64,000 nt of DNA, taken from the NCBI GenBank assembly GCA_964016885.1, contig OZ024742.1, positions 94,116,001 through 94,180,000 on the forward strand, in the 5' to 3' direction. Below the pieces are notes generated by a model that saw nothing but the letters and a program-made list of their open reading frames with translations, had not been told where the DNA came from and made no database searches. Of the stretch, positions 54,101 through 64,000 are shown piece after piece; positions within the stretch are counted from its first letter, which is position 1; each line of letters opens with the position of its first letter. The position numbers and the translations under genes were made by a program. Source of the DNA: Eledone cirrhosa (Eukaryota).

Positions 54101-54995
54101 CTTGTAAGGACGCGTTTAGCTTCCAGTTGCCGGGTCCTCGTCTATGAAGCCTATCTAAGTCAAGCACACAGATCACGAATTTGTGGTCCGTGTAGCTGAC
54201 TATCTTGAATTGTGGACAGCCTATGCTAGACCTATCTATTCTCTACAAAATACTCTATCTAGATATGATCTGGATGACCCTATGCGATTTGTCCAAGTCC
54301 ACATTGGCACATTCGGGAAATCCAATCTTTCTTTACCATTTTTTTGGCTTCTTCTAATTCCTCCTGAGTTACCTGGAATGCTTCGCACTTTTTTGCTACT
54401 CTGGCAAAACTCAGGGTGGTTTTCTTAATTTCATTGTTGCTGTTGTTGTTATCGTTATTTTTGTTATTGTTAATTTTAGTTTCAGTCGTGGTGGTGTTGG
54501 CGTCAGTGGTGTGGAAGAGTTCATTTCGGTTGAATTCATTTCGATATCACAAGTTAATTTATTTTTTTCTTTTGTTTCTGTTGTCGCTGTGGTGGTGGTG
54601 GGGTGGCAGCTTTAACACCTGCAGTCATTGCTAATGGCGGGAAATGAATGTCTGCCTGAGACAAATTTAAAATATTGCTACTGCTTATATTTTTAGTGTT
54701 GGCAAACGTAGTAATATTTACAATGGTGGTGTCGGTGTGAGGTGTTAGTTTGTGAGGAAGGAGTGACTGTGAGTCGTCCATGATTTTTCAAAGAAAAATC
54801 TTTGTTTGATAATTATATAAGTTTAAATGTTGGGCTCAAGGCCCCAATCTTTTTGAGTGTTCTTTTCAGAAAACAATGTATGTGCACTTATATACAGACA
54901 ACAATAAAAATTTTCCATAAATGGCAATTTTAAACAACTGAAAATAACAAACCTTTGCGGAGCTCACGATAATACGATTTACTACGTAGGTCGCC
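51158..54995 (-). mobile_element. L1/Tx1 element B (5'UTR and ORF1 start fused at about 54322 to mid-endonuclease ORF2; intact 3' end)
   Basis: (ATT)12 tail at 51158-51193; ORF2 homology stops at about 54322; an ORF1-like MDDSQSLL start lies at 54781; its 5' end abuts the tail of element C. Confidence 0.88.
51588..54176 (-). pseudogene. Tx1 ORF2 of element B: 862-codon open stretch with a complete RT domain
   Basis: NFRPITLLNTEFKILAK, LDQSKAFDRVDH, VRQGCPLS, AYADD, KLLGVWF and CPRC...HALVQCP; most of the APE domain is missing and there is a frameshift near the C-terminus. Confidence 0.95.
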
Positions 54996-57900
54996 AATAA
55001 TAATAATAATAATAATAATGATTTCATTTATTAGCCACAAGGGCCGACATGTAGGGGACAATACAAAGACAGGGGCAGTGAGGGTTTACAATAAGGTTTA
55101 GTGAAAGTGCACAATGGCAAGACTAATTTAACAATGAAGATATAAAAATATAAAATAAACTATGCATAAATATAACAAAATAAATTCCCCGATAGGGGGT
55201 GGTCGACCCTGGGGTGACTCGGGTACCCCACCAATCTTGAACCACCCTGCACTTCTAGGGCACCCAGAGAGAGCACCCCTCTCCTCAAGTTAGCTAGCCT
55301 ATAGGCGCATGGTCAGAGTAAGCCCATTCACACGAGCCATTCACCCACCGTTTAGCAAATGTTCTGGGGGCAAGCACTTCTCTCTCCACCCTCACCTTCC
55401 TTTCCAGGTGAAACTTGAAGAAATTGATGAGGGATTGGCCGAAGAGAAAAGTGTCTGTCTTCAGTCCTTTTAACCTGGTCCACCATATAACCTCTTTCGC
55501 AACTGCCACCAGATATAGGAAAATTTCCTGCTCTTCCTGACCTAAGTAAGGCGGTGGGTCGTTCTTCACTATGGACTCGGCCGATAGCCGGATTCGTTCC
55601 ACACGCGACAGTAGCTGTTCGACATAAATCCACAAGTCAGTAATGCACGGACATTAGACAAGTGCGTGCAGAACGGTTTCGTCGTTCTGTGCGCATCCTG
55701 GGTAGGTCCGTCTGACAGCACTTCCGTGCCTGTAGAGTTTATCCCGAACCGGCAGAGTCCCCCGGTAGCACTACTAAGCGAGGGATTTCTGGAAATTGTC
55801 CATCGGCCCCGGCTCAAAAGTCCTCCGGTACAGACTGGTCAGTTCGACTTCGTCGAGGCCCAAAGCTTCTCCGAGTGCGTCATCGCACTTGCCCACCACT
55901 AATTCTCTATAGAACTCGAGAGTGGAAGTTCCACTGATCGCATTGCCCGCTTGGTAGAGGGCAGTGAGTGCCTGGCAACATTCCAGGTGCCAGTCACCAA
56001 GTCTCGGTCTCTTCTTGACCTAGGACTGCAGCTCAGTTAAAGAAATGAGCTGCGTAAAGACCCGTCTGATAAACGGCGACCACACCTGTTCACCGTTTAG
56101 GCAGAATATCTGGAGATGTCGCAGCCTCAGCGCATGTCTGCACATCATTAGCCATGGCATGCCCAGCTCTCCACGTAGAGGGTGCAGGCAGCAAATGGAC
56201 CGCCTCACCAACGGAACTTGTCCTTTCCACAAGAATTTGAAGAGGAGCCGTTCCAACTTGATGAGGTGCGGACGGGGGCAAGGCACATGGTCAGGCGGTA
56301 GTAGATGACGGACGCGATGTACGCATTCGCTACCTCCGTGCGACCTTTCGGTGATAGCTTCCTGCCAGCCCATTTTGGGGGTGAGACTGGCTACTCTGCT
56401 CATTACCTCGTCCCAATTCTTTTCCACCTGCAGGTCTGGTCCGAACCATACCCCGAGCAACTTTACCAGTCCGTCCATCCAGCGTCTAACATCGCTGTTG
56501 GTTCCGAGCTGCAAGCCCACCGACTTTTCCGGGTTAAGTTTGGCTCCTGTCAACCTTTCATATTCCTTCAATCAGGTGCCGACCACCTCGATTTCTGAGG
56601 TATCCGACACCATTACGGTGATGTCGTCCGCATAAGCCGACACCGTCTTTCCACGTCCCGGTTCGAGTGGGATGCCCTGAAACAGCTACAGCTTCCGCAG
56701 TAAATGCTCGAGAGTCAATACGTGCAGAAGGGAAGAGAGACGGCACCCTTGATGGCCCGATCGGGAGAGCCGAAAAGGTTCCAAGAAGTGGCCATTAACC
56801 TTGACCACCGAGCGTGTGCTGCTGTACATTGCAGCAATCCAGCTTCTGGAGACAGGGCCGAAGCCAGCTGTTTTGAGGACAAACTCCAGATACCGATGGT
56901 CGACCCTATCAAATGCTTTCGATTGTTCTAAATTGATCAGTACCCCACCGAATCCAGGTTTACACCCACCCTCTCTATGATGTATTGCATGAGGTAGAGA
57001 TTGTCGTGTATGGACCTGGCTGGGATTGTACAAGTTTGCGCCTCCCCAACAAAATCCTCGACGACAAGCGCCAATCTCTTTGCTAACACCTTGGCCAAAA
57101 TCTTAAACTCTGTGTTGAGCAGAGTTATGGGCCTGAAGTTCTCTAATGTATCTCTCTTGTTCTCGTCTTTCCTTATCAGCATCACCACTCTCCTGCTCAC
57201 AGAACTGTGGATACTCCTTTCTGCTGCCAGTTGCAGTAGAGTACTTCGAGGAGATCGGAGAACAAGTCTGGCATATTTGTGTAAAGCTGATAGGGCAGGT
57301 CGTCTAAACTGGGTGACTTGCGCCTCATGCAGCTGACAAGGGCGTCCTTAATTTCGGATGAAGTAATAAGGTTTTCGCAGCACTCAACTTCGACCGTTGA
57401 GATGCGTGGCAAGCCGTCAAGGTAGGGACTGAAATCCGCTAATCTCTCTGTCTCGCCACTCTCCCTGAATAACCGAGAAAGTGCTGGCGAAAGGCCTCAC
57501 ACATCCGCTTGGAATAGTTTATCTCGTGTCCGTCTCGGTCCGCCAAAGACCGAATTGTGGTTTTATTACCACGCTGCGCCTCCGCCACGCAGGCCCATCG
57601 AACAGCTTTTGTTCCCTCATTTCTCAGCACATGCGCCTTAGCTCTGACAATGCAACCTTCGTATTTCGCATTGAAGAAATGGTCTAATACCGTTCTCACC
57701 GCTAGTGCGTCAGTTGTAATGCCACTACAAATAGCCTCGTCTAACTTATCTACCAGCTCCCACTACTTTCTATTTTTCTCTAACGCTAGTACTCTGCTGA
57801 ACTCTATCGATGTTACTCTAATCTCTCTTTTCAGAGCCCCCCACCATCTGTTGTTGATGATCCCCCCCCCCCGTCAACTTTTGCTTAACTAAATTGTTGA

Positions 57901-59110
57901 CTCGGTCCCTGTAAGCCTTACGTGCCAGAAATGACATGTTCAGCTTCCAGTAACCCGGTCCCAACCTACGCGTTTTATCTAGGTCGACTAAACAGATCAC
58001 AAATTTGTGATCTGAATAGGCGACTGTTTTAAAGATTGGGCAGCCTACACTATTTCTATCTATTTTCCTAATGAAGATCCTGTCTATATACGATCCAGAT
58101 GACCCTATGCGGTTGGTTCACGTCCACACTGGTGCATTGGGGAAATCTAGTCGTTACCTGTTAGATAGTTGGAAATGGCTGATTAGGTGTTTGAGGCTTT
58201 TTCACCCCCGCTCCTATCAGCTACTCCCACACAATCCCAGCATGCGTCTAAGATGCCGTTCCAGTCCCTCGCTAACAGTAGAGGGTGAGACATACCCAGA
58301 CAGGTTTCCAGGCGCCTAAAGAAGTCTGGTCGTCCGGCCCCCGTAGGGGTGTAGACGGCCCACAGTCTAAAGGCACCACCTTCACTACTGCTCACATGCA
58401 GGACCACCAACTTACCGTCCGGGTCCCGGAATATCGACCTTACCTCGAGATGCAGACCTTTCCTAAACAGCATTGCCACCACATCTCCCATTCCAGGCCT
58501 GCTAACAGATGTAAAGATCTGATAGTCGTCGAAAATGGGGGCTAGTGTGCATGTGTCGGAAATCCTGGTCTCGCTGACGGCAATCACATCCATTTCCAGA
58601 GACGTGAGGTTGTTGAGCAGGCGACCCTGCTTCCAGGGTGACCCCAGGCCGCGAACATTTAAATTTCCTACTCTTAATATAGCCATGTTGGCAAGCTAAA
58701 AGAGAGAGGGAAGGTTTACTTACCTCCCGGGGTCTTGTGAAGATCGGGTGGTTCGACCTCCATGGTTGGTGGGGTTTCGTTTTGGAACCCCTTTAAAAGT
58801 CTTGATGTGGGTTTCACATTCGAGATTCCCACGTCTTGAGGAAAGCTCTCTCGAATTTCTTTGTAGGAATTGAGCGACATTCGCACCAGTGGCAAATCTT
58901 CTGGCATGCAATATGTGTTCAATTCAAAGATCTCTCCCTCTGTTTGGATGTCCTCGCTTCGTGCTAAGAGGGCCATCAATTTATCGTTGGCCCTTCTGAC
59001 AAGCACGCAGTTTTTAATATTTTGTTGGTGTGGTTTTATTTGTTTTCGTTTTGGTGACTGGGGTGGTGATGGTTTTCGTGGTGTTGTTTCGGGTATGTCT
59101 GTGTTTGTTG
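54996..59110 (-). mobile_element. L1/Tx1 element C (5'-truncated within ORF1; decayed ORF2 from ATG 58686 to about 55294)
   Basis: ORF1 end 58716-59006 (...PGGK*), then MAILRVGNLNVRGL, NFRPITLLNTE, QSKAFDRVDH and AYADD, with many frameshifts; (ATT)8 tail at 54996-55019. Confidence 0.92.
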
Positions 59111-60737
59111 AATAATAATAATAATGGTTTCTTTAATAATGGTTTCTTTATTGGCTACAAGGGCTAACACGAAGAAAAACATTAGAAACAGCACAGAACA
59201 GTACAAGACGATACAAAGTGTGTTTTGTTCGTGTAAACAGGTTATAACAAAATCGGGCTGGAGATCAAAAGAATTCAAACAACATAAATTCCCCAAAAAG
59301 GGGAAACCTCCGAGGGTCAGTTGTGGTGAAAACCACACAAAAAGGGGAAACCTCCGAGGGTCAGTTGTGGTGAAAACCACACAAAAAGGCCATGGCCACC
59401 CTGTCCACCAAGGCAAGCGTCCTCTTTCAGTTTTCCCACTCCTCAGTCTACAGGCACATACTCAGAGCGGGCCCTTTCACTTGGACCAGACTCGCCACTT
59501 TCATCCACCTTTCAACAAACTTATTAGAAGACAGCACTTGCCTCTCCACCCTGATTTTCGTCTTCAAGTGAAACTTGAAAAAGTTAATTAGGGATTGGCC
59601 AGAGAGGAAAGTGTCCATCTTCAACCCTTTCAACCTTGTCCACCACACAATCTCTTTCCCGATGACCACCAGGCAGATGAAAACTGCCTGCCCTTCCTCC
59701 TCTTTAAAGGAGGATGGCGGGTCTATTTGCACAATGGACTCAGTCGATAACCGGATCCGTCCTACATGCGATAGCAGCTGTTCAACATAGCTCCACAAGT
59801 CAGCAATGCTCGGGCACTGAACCAGTGCAGGATGGTTTCATTGCCCTGCACGCATCTCGGACAGGCTCAGCTGATGGCACCTCCGTGCCTGTAGAGATTA
59901 TCCCAAACTGGCAACGCTCCCCTGTAGCACTCCCAGGCCAAGGATTTCTGGAAATTGTCAATGGGCCCCGGTCTGAAAGTTCTCTAGAAGAGAGCGAACA
60001 GCTGATCGTTTTCGATGCCCAGGGTCTCCCCAAGAACGTTGTTGCTCTTTCCCTCCACTAGCCCTCTATAGAACACAGAGGTGGATGTTCCAACGGTACC
60101 AGTGCCCAGCTGGTAGAGGGCGGTGAGCACTTGGAGACATTCCAGCTTCCAAGTGCTATCCCTCGGTCTTTTCCTGATCCAGGACTGCAGCTCCGTCAAG
60201 GAGATGAGCTGGGGAAAAGTGCGTCTGGCAAATGGCGACCACACCTATTCACCGTCAAGGAAGCACCAGAGATGTCGCAGCCTCAGCACATGTTTGCGCA
60301 TCATCAGTCAAGGCATGCCTAGTCCTCCATGCAATGGGTGTTGACAGCAAATGGATCGTCAGACCATGGGAGCACGTTCCTTCCACAAAAAGCAGAAGAG
60401 AAGGCACTCCATTTTGGTCAGACTTGGGTGGGGGCAAGGTACGATGGTCAGACGGTAGCAGATGACGGACACGATTTACGCATTTGCCACCTCTGCCCGG
60501 CCTTTCAGGGACAGCCTCCTCTCGGCCCATTTCTGGGTGAGAGATGCCACCCTGCTCGTCACCTTGCTCCAGTTTTTCTCCCTCTTGAGGTCCGGACTGA
60601 ACCAGACTCCGAGCAATTTAAACGGTCCTTCTGTCCACCGCCCCACGACGCTGTCGGACAGCATGGCCTTGCCTCTCCAGGTGCCGAGTTGCAAGCCCAC
60701 CGACTTTTCCTGGTTTATCTTTGCTCCTGTCACCACT
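59111..60737 (-). mobile_element. L1/Tx1 element D (3' fragment, closest to element A), cut off by a SINE
   Basis: VTGAKINQEKSVGLQLGTWRG...FHLKTKIRVERQVL; (ATT)5 tail at 59111-59125; 44-bp tandem duplication in the 3'UTR at 59294-59381. Confidence 0.92.
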
Positions 60738-60919
60738 TTGTTTCTACTTTTGGCACAAGGCCAGCAATTACCCAGTACATTATTAGCACTTTATTTTATC
60801 GACCCCGTAAGGATGAAAGGCAAAGTTAACCACGGCGGGATTTGAACTCAGACTATAAAGGAACGTAACTCTATGCTGCAAAGCATGGCGTCCAACTTTC
60901 TCTTCTACCGATACTGCCA
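60738..60919 (-). mobile_element. Near full-length S1 SINE
   Basis: Reverse complement of 2550-2725. Confidence 0.9.
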
Positions 60920-61899
60920 TGGTTCCTGATATAATTTTGGGGGAGGGGAAAGTTGATTAAATTGAACCCAGTGCAGGCATGGAAAGCCGATGTGAAATGA
61001 TGATGATTGTACTTTTTTCTACAACTATGCACAAAATACCAAAATATCACAGTACTGCAGATTTATTGCAGTGAGTATTTTCAATGCAATAGAAAATACA
61101 AAGCCCAAACTCAGGTGTTTACATGTATTCATAATATATATAAAATTAAATTTACTAGGTATTGCACACATATTACATAAATATGCTTTTCCATAGTACA
61201 CACCCCAAATATTACTGAGAGACTTATAAAGAACCTTTAAACTTAATATTTCATTATACAAACCCAAAATATTACTGAGAGATTTATAAAATATACAAAT
61301 ACCAAATATTAACCATTAAAGTAGAACATTTAGAACAGTGTTTGAGGACTCTGCCTTCAAGACCCTCCTGGGAATACGTGGGAAGAGGAGGAAGAGAAGT
61401 CTCTCAAACCATTTTGTCCCACATCCAACCTTGATTTTTCAAAACAAAAAAAAAAACGTGCTTCTCACCATAATTGGACGAAATTAGTTTTTTTCTTCCT
61501 TTGGCCACTTATTCTTGGCTAGTTTATGGGAGTCCGCTCACAAAAAAACAAAACAAAAAAAACAATCATCAAACAAAACCAACTAATTTCATGAATGTTA
61601 TCCAACCATCATGCTCGTGGTCTACCTCTAGGTCTCCTGCTAGTTGTTTTTGCCCATAAAATCTCTCCAGCGATCCTTTCATGTGATATTCTAACCACAT
61701 GCCCATAATACAGAGCTGTGATCTCTCAATTCAGACTAGTGGCTCTATCTGGAATGACTCTCTGATCTTTGATCGAATAACGTTACTACAAAGATCTTTT
61801 GGCGGGACCTCATTTCAACCATTTATAATTGTGATTGTAATCTTTCAATTTGCTGATCTAAAGTCAGATTCCAGATTAACACCAAAATCTGCCCATGTC

Positions 61900-62975
61900 A
61901 TAACTTTGGATGCCTTTACTGTCTCTACTGTGACTTTTTACATCTACTTGTACTGCAAGTGCAAGAAGGAGGATGTATTTCCAAGCCAAGCTTAGTAAGC
62001 TTCCTTCTTTGCTCAGATGGCATCTTTGATCACGTGATTGAACCAAAGTGTGTTCCTGCAACATGGTGCCACACCGAGCCACTTTCATCCACAACAGCTA
62101 ACAGTTGAAGCCGAAACTGCCATTCTGAATGGTCTCCACTTTCTTTCAATGTCCTCAGATTGTTCAAGGAGTTCTCTGAATTTGGTTACAATAGTATCCA
62201 CATAATTAGTCCTGACTTTCTCATCAGCCAACAATTCCTACTTTATCCTGTAAATCCTGTAAATTGAGATGGACCTGCTAGTTTTGTGATTTTTTTTCCA
62301 TTAGGTAGGTTCAGATTGCAGAGATGTAGATGTTGTTTAGTTGCCAGCTCAGCCCCTCTCTTAACAAGAACATCCGGCCTAGAATTGAGAATTGAAGAGA
62401 TCATAGACGATACAAAAGTCGATTACGGACCTCTATCCCCAATTTCCTTTATATCATGTATACTTAAGGATATTTTTGTGTTGTAAGGAAGTGTCCATAA
62501 CAGAGAGCCCTTTACTAGAACATAAGACCTCTCAGTTTACAATTAGATCAGGGTTGTCGTTTCCTGTAAGCTGATCAGTGTTAACATATGCATTGAAATC
62601 TCACATTAGGATATATAACTCAGTTCTAATTACATCTGATGCTACAGTGACTTCATCAAGAAAGGATCTGGATTCAGACTCTCTGTTTGGCATATAATCT
62701 TGCACTATCCACAGAGGCCTATCTTTCATCCTAAGCTTCAAGAAGTAAATCCTCCCTCCCAATAGGTTCCATTCTATAACACATTCTAACAGCTGGGGAC
62801 ATTCTCGCATCATACCTGAATAGTGGAGTTTCCATCCAAGTTTATGTAACAGAGTTACAGAATTTGTTGAAGAAACCTTGACCTTATCAAGCTGGTAATG
62901 TTTGGCCTCCTTTACTAGTTCTTGTTCCTTACCTGTAAGAGTTGTAATGTTCCAGATGCCATTTTTTATTAATGT
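61900..62975 (-). mobile_element. Decayed RTE-like LINE, APE endonuclease region
   Basis: GIWNITTLTGKEQELVKEAKHYQLD...GWKLHYSG...LWIVQDYMPN resembles an RTE endonuclease N-terminus; the lower boundary is uncertain. Confidence 0.7.
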
Positions 62976-63307
62976 TAGACCCCTTCTGGACCCTCTTTGG
63001 GGTTTTAAGGTATGCAAACTTTGTGCATCTATCCAACATCTTATAGGACAGATCACTGGCCCATCACCACTTTTTAAGCATTAGATGGTTCCTGCAATAT
63101 ATGTTTCAAACAGGCCTCTCTACATAAGACTCAATTGTGTCCCTTGTTACCCTGCACAAAGGATGGTGCAGTATGATTACTTTCATTGAATCTGACCCCA
63201 CTGCAGTTTTTAGTGGTCTTATTCATGCCTGTCATGGATTTGGTAATTTTCATAGATCCATGACACAATTAGTATATAGCATAATATATAGTATTATACA
63301 TTTAACA

Positions 63308-63400
63308 GGTTGACTTTGCCTTTCATCCTTACGGGGTCGATAAAAAAAGTACCAGTAATGCACTGGGTAATTTCTGGCCTTGTGCCTAAAGTAGAAACAA
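63308..63400 (+). mobile_element. 5'-truncated S1 SINE with 15-bp TSD
   Basis: Core plus 3' end, flanked by ATTATACATTTAACA at 63293-63307 and 63400-63414. Confidence 0.9.
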
Positions 63401-64000
63401 TTATACATTTAACATCCATGAGCTTGGCTGGTCACACTTGGGATCAAGCCTAATCAGCCGGAGAGAGTGTTTGAGGACTCTTCTCCCATAACCCTCTCAG
63501 GAATAAGTGGGTGAAGAAAATAAAGAAGGTATATACCTTATTCTGAAGTCATATGCCACATAAAAATATTGCTAAGCCTCACAAGTGTGGCATGCAAACT
63601 ACCTTGGGAAACACAGCTTTAGAATAACCTAAATAATATTTAGAACAGTCAAACTATACTGGCAAACACTGTAGAAACCTTCCTTTTTTTCATGAAATCC
63701 CAGATCTAGTTTGGACCCAACTGTTGATACTGTTGAAAAACAACAAAATTAAAACAAATCACTGTTACATAGCCAAAAACAACAAAACTGCACTTGCTGG
63801 TGCAATGAAGCCATGCAATAAAAATGAGACGAAAGGAAAACAATCTATGTAATTAAATGCTACAAACTGTTGTAAAATTGTTTTAAAAATCACAGGAAGA
63901 CAACATAAAGTAAATTAAGAAAAATTAACAGGAATAATGAAGCAACTGTAAATAGCAATGTGAGATATCACGTAATACTTACATTGTTCTGAAACTAATT

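Overview
AT-rich, repeat-dominated eukaryotic DNA with no supportable host protein-coding exon. The SINE families and dense (TA)n, (CA)n and (GA)n microsatellites suggest a cephalopod, probably octopus (inference from recalled repeat consensus, not a search). Most ORF-track entries are microsatellite or antisense artefacts. The real coding remnants are all transposon-derived: RTE-clade LINE fragments, CRE- and HERO-like LINE fragments, a deleted Helitron (about 17.9-20.8 kb), a rearranged Penelope-like element (about 21.3-22.9 kb), and a 15-kb same-strand head-to-tail array of four L1/Tx1 elements (45.9-60.7 kb). Two patterns stand out. First, several non-coding head-to-head fold-back elements sit next to (TA)n tracts and carry hammerhead-ribozyme-like motifs, two with complete catalytic cores (3795-3900 on minus, 22806-22848 on plus). 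Second, in the Tx1 array each (ATT)n tail abuts the 5' end of the next copy, and a GGTAAGT splice-donor-like motif is conserved at the ORF1 stop. Coordinates were read by eye; boundaries of decayed elements are approximate.
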